DNA of 64,000 nt from Candidatus Saccharimonadales bacterium (GTDB taxonomy: Bacteria; Patescibacteriota; Saccharimonadia; Saccharimonadales; UBA4665). Both the position numbers and the translations under genes were made by a program. Shown one piece after another: positions 57,285 through 64,000 of the stretch; the first letter of the stretch is position 1; each line of letters starts with the position of its first letter. The stretch spans positions 79,968 to 143,967 of the forward strand of contig JBOHNR010000008.1 of the NCBI GenBank assembly GCA_050730755.1. Reading direction: 5' to 3'. Below the pieces are notes generated by a model that saw only the letters and a program-made list of their open reading frames with translations, was not told the origin of the DNA and did no database searches.

Positions 57285-58178
57285 ATGATCAACCAAATTA
57301 CTAAAAGTCGAATTACAACCCTCTCTGACAAGTACAAAAAATTAGCGATTAATAAGACGCAGGCGATTAGTGAAATTGCGTTAGCCGAGATTCCTGAGAT
57401 GGTCTATAACAGCAACGCAATAGAGAACTCGACACTTACGCTTAAAGACACTGAGGATATTTTGCTCCGGGATACAATCAAAAAAGACCACGATATTCGA
57501 GAGGTGTACGAAGCCAAAAACTTAGCCAATATTACTGAGTACTTACTCAAAAATTCAGATAAGCCCTTAAACGTTGAGCTTATCTTATCACTCCACAAAA
57601 TGTTACTTTCGGGTATTCGTGATGATTGGGCTGGTCGGTTTCGTAGAGGCAAGGAATGGGTACGCGTTGGTGGGTATGTTGGAGCAAACCCCGATTTTGT
57701 GCCCAGTCTCATGAGCACCCTGCTAAAGGATTACGGACAACAGGATGACGGCTATTTTCTGGATAGCATCGCCTGGTTTCATGCGGAGTTTGAAACCATC
57801 CACCCTTTCAATGATGGCAATGGTCGGATAGGTCGTGTCATTATAAACCAGCAACTCACCAGACGAGGTTATCCACCCATTATCATTCCCAACAAGGGCA
57901 AATACACTAGTTACTATCCAGCCTTCGATGCCTATCGTACGACTGGAAAGTACGACGACTTCACGGGGTTACTTGCCAGTTTATTGATCGAGTCACTCTA
58001 TAAACGAATTACTCTCCTATCGGCACCAAAGACCATTACCGTATCTGCATGGGCTAAGGCAAATGGCATAGCCGGCAATATTGCAGCCAATAAAGCAAGC
58101 CGCGGTACTATTCCAGCATTTAGAATGCGCGAAAAGTGGATGATTGCAGCAAACTTTCGCGAAGAGAAGAGCAAATAA
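57285..58178 (+). CDS. Fic-family protein (AMPylase type, class II with an N-terminal inhibitory helix)
   Basis: Fic motif HPFNDGNGRIGR. N-terminal SNAIEN matches the [ST]xxxE[GN] inhibitory motif. Confidence 0.85.
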   Translation: MINQITKSRITTLSDKYKKLAINKTQAISEIALAEIPEMVYNSNAIENSTLTLKDTEDILLRDTIKKDHDIREVYEAKNLANITEYLLKNSDKPLNVELILSLHKMLLSGIRDDWAGRFRRGKEWVRVGGYVGANPDFVPSLMSTLLKDYGQQDDGYFLDSIAWFHAEFETIHPFNDGNGRIGRVIINQQLTRRGYPPIIIPNKGKYTSYYPAFDAYRTTGKYDDFTGLLASLLIESLYKRITLLSAPKTITVSAWAKANGIAGNIAANKASRGTIPAFRMREKWMIAANFREEKSK

Positions 58179-58245
58179 AGTAGTTTACAATTAAAGGATG
58201 CAAGCTAAGGTGAAGTAAGCTTGAAACCAGGTGGTATTGGGAGGC

Positions 58246-58314
58246 GGTTCGAGTCCTGCCCCCGCAACCAGATCATGCATCAAAAATACGAGACCGTGTT
58301 CCATGACCGGTCTC
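58246..58314 (+). repeat. Repeat R copy 2: partial tRNA-fMet 3' end (no 5' half) plus hairpin
   Basis: GGTTCGAGTCCTGCCCCCGCAACCAGATCATGCATCAAAA..GAGACCGTGTTCCATGACCGGTCTC. The upstream sequence cannot form an acceptor or T stem. Confidence 0.8.
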
Positions 58315-58384
58315 TATTTATTTACCCCTGTTAGATCCTACCCAAAAGGCTAGACTATTAATACCATGGAGACCTAGGTGAGAC

Positions 58385-58497
58385 TGGCTCGAACCACCCA
58401 GAACATCATTTCATTACGGTTAACTCCTTACACAGGTTCCAAAACTGACCTATTACTACCATAGGGGCTGGACACCTCCAGACTAGACCGCGTTCCA
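58385..58497 (+). repeat. Repeat S copy 2 (113 nt)
   Basis: See copy 1. Occupies the same relative position, about 70-115 nt after an R copy. Confidence 0.7.
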
Positions 58498-58543
58498 TGA
58501 CCGATGCCCATGCCCATATCGGTTCATAGGAGTAAGCTGATAA

Positions 58544-58975
58544 CTACTTATCTTCTAGGTGGGGAAACAAATACTTTACTGAGCTTGTATGCATAATTTT
58601 TGTATTATGAAATTCTTTAAGATGTAGTAAATCGGGATCAGCAGTAATGATTAAATCGGCTTTGGCTTCGAGCGCACATTCCAGTATTTTGTTGTCATCC
58701 GGGTCACGCTCTGTTAGCAGATCTACCTTTTGGCGGGGTCTAATGACGGTCACAGCTTCCTCTATCCGACTTAACCACCTAACGACAGTATCTCGAGGAA
58801 ATTCAAACTTATTCTCTAACTTATCTTGCAGTTCTTGCAATATTTCTGGCGAAGTATAGTAGGTGCCTAAGTATTGGGCAGCTGAATCTTCGACAATCTT
58901 GTAAATTATGCTCTGCGGATTTAAAGCAGCCGCGACGTAGACATTAGTATCCAAGACTACACGGACGGGTTTCAT
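58544..58975 (-). CDS. PIN-domain toxin (VapC-like)
   Basis: VVLDTNVYV N-terminal acidic motif, ...DPDDNKILECA..., ...LIITADPDL. 4-nt overlap with the upstream antitoxin gene. Confidence 0.75.
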   Translation of the reverse strand: MKPVRVVLDTNVYVAAALNPQSIIYKIVEDSAAQYLGTYYTSPEILQELQDKLENKFEFPRDTVVRWLSRIEEAVTVIRPRQKVDLLTERDPDDNKILECALEAKADLIITADPDLLHLKEFHNTKIMHTSSVKYLFPHLEDK

Positions 58976-59187
58976 CCTAGATATTTTTCTATATCGTCAA
59001 CACTCGTTAGGTTCAGGGAATCGAGCTTTTTGCGCAATTGTGTCGACATATCTTTCCAGGTCCGTTCCCAGGCGGCTTGTGCTAACAATCGACGGACGAT
59101 GACGCTCTTAGAAACACCGTCCTCTTTAGAGAATCGTTCTATCTCTCTTTTTAGTTCTTCGTCTAATGAAATACTTAATGTTGTCAT
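58972..59187 (-). CDS. Ribbon-helix-helix (CopG-like) antitoxin
   Basis: 71 aa. N-terminal beta-strand LSISLDEELKREIERFS. Coupled to the PIN gene. Confidence 0.65.
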   Translation of the reverse strand: MTTLSISLDEELKREIERFSKEDGVSKSVIVRRLLAQAAWERTWKDMSTQLRKKLDSLNLTSVDDIEKYLG

Positions 59188-59208
59188 ACGAGAACTATAA
59201 CAAAATTA

Positions 59209-59237
59209 CTAACAATTCGCAATACTATTATTGTTAG
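59209..59237. promoter_or_regulatory. 8-bp perfect inverted repeat, probable RHH-antitoxin operator
   Basis: CTAACAAT (59209-16) and ATTGTTAG (59230-37), 22 nt upstream of the RHH start codon. Confidence 0.35.
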
Positions 59238-59314
59238 ATAATGATTATGACATTGGTAGGCACTATGCTAGCATGGGTCGAGCCGCAAAAGCGACAGCAG
59301 TATATTAGTGACTC

Positions 59315-59337
59315 GGTTCGAGTCCTGCCCCCGCACC
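59315..59337 (+). repeat. Repeat R copy 3: partial tRNA-fMet 3' end
   Basis: GGTTCGAGTCCTGCCCCCGCA-CCA. Identical to copy 2 over 21 nt, then a 1-nt deletion. No 5' half upstream. Confidence 0.75.
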
Positions 59338-59357
59338 AAACTGATTAGAGCATATGT

Positions 59358-59390
59358 GTCCGTAGAGTCTATACTTTACGGACATTTTAT
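59358..59390 (+). terminator. Rho-independent terminator-like hairpin after R copy 3
   Basis: GTCCGTA / TACGGAC 7-bp perfect stem, 12-nt loop, then ATTTTAT. Confidence 0.5.
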
Positions 59391-59514
59391 ACTGGGATTG
59401 AAATTAATCTGGTTCTAAGAACTTAGAGCCAAAGTGGTTAATAATGGTTGGGCTACACTTACCATCAGCAGAGCACAATAGGCTATTAGGCGAAGAAGAG
59501 GCTTTACAAAGATT

Positions 59515-59538
59515 ATACCATCGTATATACTATGGTAT
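59515..59538. promoter_or_regulatory. 7-bp perfect inverted repeat overlapping the relB promoter
   Basis: ATACCAT (59515-21) and ATGGTAT (59532-38), abutting the ATG at 59539. TATACT -10 box at 59526-31. Confidence 0.35.
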
Positions 59539-59826
59539 ATGAGTAGTTTAGATAAAACCATTATTAACTTGAAGGTTAACAAGAGTTTGAAGCATGAAGC
59601 TCAGGAGGTAGCTAATGAGATTGGCGTACCTCTCACTACGGTTGTCACCGCTAGTCTCAAGGAGTTTGTACGTAGCCGCTCTTTAACCCTGTCTGCCTTC
59701 CCCCGGCTAAAACCAGAGATTGAAAAAGAGCTTGGTGTGGCTATTAATGATTACAAGAAGGGGAGAAATACCTCTAAGGTTTACTCCAAACACGAAGATG
59801 TTGCCAGCCATCTTAGTACTCTATGA
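59539..59826 (+). CDS. RelB/DinJ-family antitoxin
   Basis: INLKVNKSLKHEAQEVANEIGVPLTTVVTASLKEFV RHH-like N-terminus. ATGA overlap with the toxin gene. Confidence 0.7.
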   Translation: MSSLDKTIINLKVNKSLKHEAQEVANEIGVPLTTVVTASLKEFVRSRSLTLSAFPRLKPEIEKELGVAINDYKKGRNTSKVYSKHEDVASHLSTL

Positions 59827-60083
59827 ACGTTATTTTCCATAAGCGTTTTGATAAGATGGCAGCAAAGTTGTCTCCAAAATTAAAGACTCAAATGGTGAAG
59901 CGCATAACGCTATTTAGTAAAGACCCACTAACGCCCGTATTAAAAAATCATGCCCTTAATACGGCTTATAGGGGCAGTTACAGTATAAATATTACTGGTG
60001 ACTACCGGGCAATTTATCACTTAGTAGATACCCAGACGGCTATGTTCACCCACATTGGCACTCACAGCCAGCTTTACCGATAA
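59823..60083 (+). CDS. RelE/YafQ-family mRNA interferase toxin
   Basis: 86 aa. ...KNHALNTAYRGSYSINITGDYRAIY...HIGTHSQLY pattern. Confidence 0.75.
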   Translation: MNVIFHKRFDKMAAKLSPKLKTQMVKRITLFSKDPLTPVLKNHALNTAYRGSYSINITGDYRAIYHLVDTQTAMFTHIGTHSQLYR

Positions 60084-60177
60084 CTAGAAGTATCGTTTCT
60101 TATGTTGTTATTACTTAGAATATGAGGTGTATTGACTTGGGATTCCAGACCATGGCGCTCAACCATGGGTATCTTAA

Positions 60178-60204
60178 CCTCTATATTTCTATAGGGGTTT
60201 TTAT
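60178..60204 (+). terminator. Rho-independent terminator
   Basis: CCTCTATA / TATAGGGG stem (one G-U pair), loop TTTC, then TTTTTAT. Confidence 0.55.
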
Positions 60205-60270
60205 TACATTAAAGACAAAAGTAGCCCAATAGTGTCTTTGAGTTGGTAGGTTTGAAGGCGAAACTGGATA

Positions 60271-61332
60271 TTATGCCAGTACGATACCAGCTAATTTACG
60301 CCTCACTTTATTAATCGTCTCAGATGTCTTTGGCCTTTTCGGGTAGGTCCGATTAGATAACACGACTAGACATCTTTTTTTAAATGGATCGGCTAAAAAC
60401 ATAGTTCCCGTAAAACCGTCTTTGCCAAAAATCTTGGGCGAAACATCAGAGCCCATATAGTCCGATTGATTCATTTCCCAACCAAGAGACATTCCGTAAC
60501 CCCCGTTATTGATAACTTCAAGTCTCATTTTTTTGACAGTCGAAGGCTCAAGATAACGGCGATTATTTAACTGACCATTTGAAAGCAGCATTTGGCCAAA
60601 TATTAATAAGTCCCTAGCCGACGAAAAGAGCCCAGCATGGCCACTAACTAGACCTTCTTTGTGTAGAGCCCAAGCTGTTTCATCGTGAACCTCACCCAAA
60701 ACCTCGCCGCGTTCATTAATCTCTGTTGGTGCGATCGAAGCCGGTGCGAGCCTTTTAGGGTAAAATGTAGTACTGTTCATCTGAAGAGGCTTAAAAAACA
60801 TCTCATCGGCAATTATATCTAAAGGTTTTTTGACGATCCTTTCCGCCACCATACCGAGCAGAAGTGCTGGAATATTGGAGTATTGATACCGCTTACCTGA
60901 TGGGTATTTTAATGGAGCGTTATAGATTGTACTGAGTATAGCCGCCTTGCCACCGTGGGCGTAAAAAGATAAAGGTTTAGGCAAGTCAAAGACGGTCGTA
61001 AAGGTTAACAGGTGCTTGATTAAGATCTTATCCCGGTTGTTAGTGTTTATTTCTGGAATAAATTCAATTACTTGATCGTCGGTCGATAATAATCCTTTTT
61101 CAATCAGCGATAAAATAATTGAGTTTGTCGGAATAACCTTTGTTAATGAAGCTAGGTCATAAACGGTTGCTTTAGTAACCTGTTCGGCATTAGCTTCATA
61201 TGTCAGATGCCCAAAAGGCAAGATACTCAGATTGTTGTCTTTAACAAAGCCAACTACAGCGCCGGGAAAGACTTGTTCCAAAATAGCTGCTTCGATTATC
61301 TCTCGGATTTCAGATTTCTCTCGATCCACCAA
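60271..61332 (-). CDS. Serine hydrolase, beta-lactamase/PBP4*-like (class C fold)
   Basis: S-x-x-K motif ASLTKV, Y-x-N motif YSN, HAGLFSS near the C-terminal third. GTG start. Confidence 0.75.
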   Translation of the reverse strand: MVDREKSEIREIIEAAILEQVFPGAVVGFVKDNNLSILPFGHLTYEANAEQVTKATVYDLASLTKVIPTNSIILSLIEKGLLSTDDQVIEFIPEINTNNRDKILIKHLLTFTTVFDLPKPLSFYAHGGKAAILSTIYNAPLKYPSGKRYQYSNIPALLLGMVAERIVKKPLDIIADEMFFKPLQMNSTTFYPKRLAPASIAPTEINERGEVLGEVHDETAWALHKEGLVSGHAGLFSSARDLLIFGQMLLSNGQLNNRRYLEPSTVKKMRLEVINNGGYGMSLGWEMNQSDYMGSDVSPKIFGKDGFTGTMFLADPFKKRCLVVLSNRTYPKRPKTSETINKVRRKLAGIVLA

Positions 61333-61446
61333 GATACTATATCAAAGGATCCAGAGTTGGGAGATAGGACAAGAATGTTGTAAGGAAGGGCTAATGCTTT
61401 AGCCTCTAGATCGGTTTAGTTATTAGGTAGCTCTATTTTTAAATAT

Positions 61447-61474
61447 TTGACAAATTATAGATTTTGTGTATAAT
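61447..61474 (+). promoter_or_regulatory. Near-consensus sigma70 promoter
   Basis: TTGACA (61447-52), 16-nt spacer, TATAAT (61469-74). Confidence 0.55.
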
Positions 61475-61527
61475 ATCTTTTGTTGTATTAAAAAATAAAA
61501 AAGAATCAATAATTAAAAGGAGACGAT

Positions 61528-61623
61528 ATGAAAAATAGTAACAATCTAGCGTTTGAATATGTCTACGTAGACTCTTCTGATCAAAGATTTCTGAAGATAG
61601 ATAAAATACTAAGTAAAATATAA
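61528..61623 (+). CDS. 31-codon micro-ORF MKNSNNLAFEYVYVDSSDQRFLKIDKILSKI
   Basis: AAGGAG 5 nt upstream of the ATG, consensus promoter about 50 nt upstream, strong terminator 30 nt downstream. Not in the ORF track because it is too short. Confidence 0.4.
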   Translation: MKNSNNLAFEYVYVDSSDQRFLKIDKILSKI

Positions 61624-61652
61624 ATTAGATAAGTCCCTAAATTAAAGGAGCA

Positions 61653-61685
61653 GCTCTGGATTAGCCAGGGCTTTTTTATTTTTAA
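61653..61685 (+). terminator. Rho-independent terminator
   Basis: GCTCTGG / CCAGGGC stem (one G-U pair), loop ATTAG, then TTTTTTATTTTT. Confidence 0.6.
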
Positions 61686-61767
61686 ATAAGGCTAAACGCC
61701 AGCTATGTTGCCGACACACCCTAGTTATGTTATTGTTATTTTTTGTAAGGTAATTTGGAAAATTTCA

Positions 61768-62109
61768 ATGGAGATTGAAGACCGGAAGATAATTGAGTTA
61801 TTCCCGCCAAAATGTCTATCGGCCGTGATTGATGCTGCGCAGCATTCGAGTAGACAAGAAGAGATGATTTTAGCCAACTCGACTTATATAGTCGAGTCAC
61901 AGAGGCAAGTAGACGGTCTGACTCGGAAAATTCTGGCTTGTCAACTCTGCTCAGTCGTTGTTTCGATGGTCAATAACCCAGACCTAAATAAGGTCGAGAT
62001 ACAGCCGCCTGAACCATCACCTAATCTTTGTCCTAACGTAATTGTTCAATCCCATAGTAAAAGCTTTGAAAAAGAATCTAGAAAATACCTACATTGGCTC
62101 ACTTGGTAG
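61768..62109 (+). CDS. Hypothetical protein (113 aa from the internal ATG)
   Basis: ORF 61705..62109. No SD and no recognisable motif. Weak call. Confidence 0.3.
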   Translation: MEIEDRKIIELFPPKCLSAVIDAAQHSSRQEEMILANSTYIVESQRQVDGLTRKILACQLCSVVVSMVNNPDLNKVEIQPPEPSPNLCPNVIVQSHSKSFEKESRKYLHWLTW

Positions 62110-62181
62110 GAACTCATTGGAACAAAATTATGCGAGAGCTGATAGCTACACGGCGGATAGTAGAACAAATAAAGTAAGAGG

Positions 62182-62619
62182 CTATAAGCTACGAAGGTAT
62201 TGTAGAAATAATCCGGGTGTAAGCAAGACGATTTGAAAGTCTTGGTTTATTTTTTCTGCCTTAAAGTCACGGATATTATAAGAGACGATAAAAGTTGCTT
62301 TAGCTTCTTTAGCACCAGCCACAATATGAGCATCATCTATGTCGCTTACATATCCCGCAAATCGTTGCTTCACTGTATTGAGCGATTGGCCAATATTAAT
62401 AGCCACTAATTGACTATTTATTAGATCGTGCAGGTCTTGTATTGCAAGACGAAGTCGACTAGCGACTTTTTCAAGCTCTGTTATGGATAGATTTGAGACA
62501 TATAATTCTAGCTGCTGGTTGTTCTGCAGAAGAGTATAGGCAGCACCAGATTTTGAAATTAGAGAAGAGATAACGACATCTGAGTCAATGAAGACTCTTA
62601 TTGAGGCGTGGTTGCTCAT
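62182..62619 (-). CDS. PIN-domain toxin
   Basis: VFIDSDVVIS, ...DDAHIVAGA..., ...IVSYNIRDF acidic-residue pattern. Three nt downstream of its HTH partner. Confidence 0.7.
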   Translation of the reverse strand: MSNHASIRVFIDSDVVISSLISKSGAAYTLLQNNQQLELYVSNLSITELEKVASRLRLAIQDLHDLINSQLVAINIGQSLNTVKQRFAGYVSDIDDAHIVAGAKEAKATFIVSYNIRDFKAEKINQDFQIVLLTPGLFLQYLRSL

Positions 62620-62621
62620 GG

Positions 62622-62888
62622 CTACTGTTCTTTGCGGACTGCCGAAAGTTCTCTTTGTATTTGAGGTAGCGAGATACTGTCTACTTGCTCAGCTTCGTAT
62701 AAATCTGCGTCTAAACCATTAAACATAAAAGATATAGAACTTGCCGGTATACGGTAAACCCTACCAAATCGTTTTGCCACAAGCTCTCCATGACTAATTA
62801 GGTCGTACACGGTATTTTTAGAGAGCTGCAACATGCTTGCAACTTGTTCGGGGGTATAAACACTATCAGGGATAATTCTACTAGACAT
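62622..62888 (-). CDS. Excisionase/MerR-type helix-turn-helix antitoxin
   Basis: YTPEQVASMLQLSKNTVYDLISHGELVAKRFGRVYRI HTH motif. Confidence 0.65.
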   Translation of the reverse strand: MSSRIIPDSVYTPEQVASMLQLSKNTVYDLISHGELVAKRFGRVYRIPASSISFMFNGLDADLYEAEQVDSISLPQIQRELSAVRKEQ

Positions 62889-62931
62889 GACTACATGGTA
62901 TCAAATTGTACTCAGCACGTCAATACGTATA

Positions 62932-63007
62932 TGGTAGCGGCGAGTGGACTTGAACCACTGACCCCAGGCTTATGAGTCCTGTGCTCTAACCACTGAGCTA
63001 CACCGCC
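62932..63007 (-). tRNA. Elongator tRNA-Met (anticodon CAT)
   Basis: Minus-strand sequence GGCGGTGTAGCTCAGTGGTTAGAGCACAGGACTCATAAGCCTGGGGTCAGTGGTTCAAGTCCACTCGCCGCTACCA. GAGCAC...ACTCATAA...GGGGTCA resembles E. coli metT. G1-U72 and A31/G39 are non-Watson-Crick. Confidence 0.8.
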
Positions 63008-63113
63008 ATGATTTAAGGATCTTATGCCAAAGGGTAATATAGCACGCTTTCTATCTGTTGACTATAAAAGATAAGCTTCAAGACTCATAAAGTAGCTTTA
63101 GTATACTAAAGCC

Positions 63114-64000
63114 ATGATTATTGAGCTAAATCCAGGCAACTATGTCATCGGTGTTAGTGGCGGTGTGGATTCGATTGTCCTGCTTGACCTGCTCAAAAAC
63201 CAACCGGCAGTCCAATTGGTCGTTGCTCATTATGATCACGGAATTAGGGCTGATTCAAAAAAAGATCGGCAATTTGTTCAGAAAATTGCCAAACAACTTA
63301 AGTTACCTTTCGTATACGAAAGTGGAGAACTTGGACCAACTACCAGTGAAGCAATGGCTCGAAAAAGGCGCTATGAATTTTTGGAAAAAGTTCGTAAAAA
63401 TAACGACGCCCGAGCCATCGTCACCGCCCATCATCAAGATGATCTACTTGAGACAGCCATTCTAAATATCCTGCGGGGGACAAATCGCCGGGGACTAACG
63501 TCACTCGGAAGCGGACCTTTACTTATTCGACCGATGCTACATTTATCAAAAAAGGAAATCTTGGCTTATGCCAAAGCCCGGCAACTAAAATGGTATGACG
63601 ACCCTACGAACGATGACGAGAGGTATCTCCGGAACTACGTCCGGCATCAGATAGTAGTTAAATTTCAAGCTAAACAGAGAAGACAGTTACTAAGTATTAT
63701 TGAAAAAACACGCCAGACTAACGAAGAACTGGATAAGCAGCTTGTTAATTTGATGCAGAATGAGTTAAATTTGCAATACTTGGACCGGACCTGGTTCATT
63801 AGCTTGCCTCACGAAGTTGCCAAAGAGTTTTTAGCTACTTGGTTTCGTATCCAAAACATCGGAAATTATGATGCGTCGACTTTGGAACGAATTGTGATCG
63901 CGGCTAAGGTGGGTAAGGCGGGAGCTTTGATCGATATTATTGATGGTGTGTCGCTTAATCTTAAAAAAGACTCTTTAGCACTCGTGGGGTTAGAGCGCTA
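63114..64000 (+). CDS. tilS: tRNA(Ile)-lysidine synthetase, N-terminal ~295 aa (3' end outside window)
   Basis: Hand translation of frame 63114: MIIELNPGNYVIGVSGGVDSIVLLDLL...VAHYDHGIR...TAHHQDDLLET...RPML. PP-loop SGGxDS motif, and open to the window end. Absent from the ORF track because there is no stop codon. Confidence 0.85.
   Translation, partial: MIIELNPGNYVIGVSGGVDSIVLLDLLKNQPAVQLVVAHYDHGIRADSKKDRQFVQKIAKQLKLPFVYESGELGPTTSEAMARKRRYEFLEKVRKNNDARAIVTAHHQDDLLETAILNILRGTNRRGLTSLGSGPLLIRPMLHLSKKEILAYAKARQLKWYDDPTNDDERYLRNYVRHQIVVKFQAKQRRQLLSIIEKTRQTNEELDKQLVNLMQNELNLQYLDRTWFISLPHEVAKEFLATWFRIQNIGNYDASTLERIVIAAKVGKAGALIDIIDGVSLNLKKDSLALVGLER

Noticed and set aside
58197-58271. Possible second complete tRNA ending at ...CCCCGCAACCA. 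The same check was made for 59262-59337 and for the T-arm string at 57074-57096.
   Set aside because: The sequences upstream of GGTTCGAGTCCT cannot form a T stem, anticodon arm or acceptor stem (no CGCGGGG/TGCGGGG 5' strand). They are truncated 3' copies, not genes.
56970-59340. Considered whether the spaced repeats could be a CRISPR array.
   Set aside because: There are only three copies, spaced 1.1-1.3 kb apart. The intervening segments contain genes, and the repeat is a tRNA fragment. No cas genes are present in the window.

Overview
This 64-kb chromosomal segment looks most like a small-genome, Gram-positive-type or CPR (Saccharibacteria-like) bacterium. That assignment is an inference from gene content only, because no database search was possible.

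Layout:
1. 1-2.3 kb: yidC (5' end outside the window), jag/khpB and a ricin-lectin + CHAP cell-wall hydrolase.
2. 2.3-36 kb: a very large cell-surface glycan locus. It holds at least 10 glycosyltransferases, a Wzm/Wzt ABC exporter, two methyltransferases, the FnlABC/CapEFG UDP-L-FucNAc genes with a WbuB-like transferase, RfbA/RfbB, GlmS, an initiating phosphoglycosyl transferase, an O-antigen-ligase-like protein and three GT-C-like membrane enzymes. The central ~22 kb (about 8.0-29.9 kb) is clearly more AT-rich than the flanks and ends at the 3' side of glmS.
3. 36-41 kb: small hypothetical genes, a LexA-DNA-binding-domain-only protein, and a candidate compact cobalamin riboswitch in front of an unrecognisable 385-aa Cys-rich protein.
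4. 41-56 kb: housekeeping genes (aspS, tsaC, a Mur ligase, dus, two ABC-2 exporters, an ftsB/divIC-like gene). These are interrupted at about 43.7-47.3 kb by a probable mobile-element remnant: a replication-relaxation-like gene plus an operon of five tiny, mostly membrane proteins.
5. 56.2-63.1 kb: an islet bounded by CAU-anticodon tRNAs.
   - Three direct copies of the tRNA-fMet 3' end delimit integrase-less mini-cassettes carrying Fic and a PIN-RHH pair.
   - These are followed by RelB/RelE, a serine hydrolase, a 31-codon micro-ORF with textbook expression signals, and a PIN-HTH pair.
6. 63.1-64.0 kb: tilS, with its 3' end outside the window.

I saw no rRNA, CRISPR array, reverse transcriptase, transposase or integrase. 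All calls rest on motif recognition by eye and the supplied ORF track.
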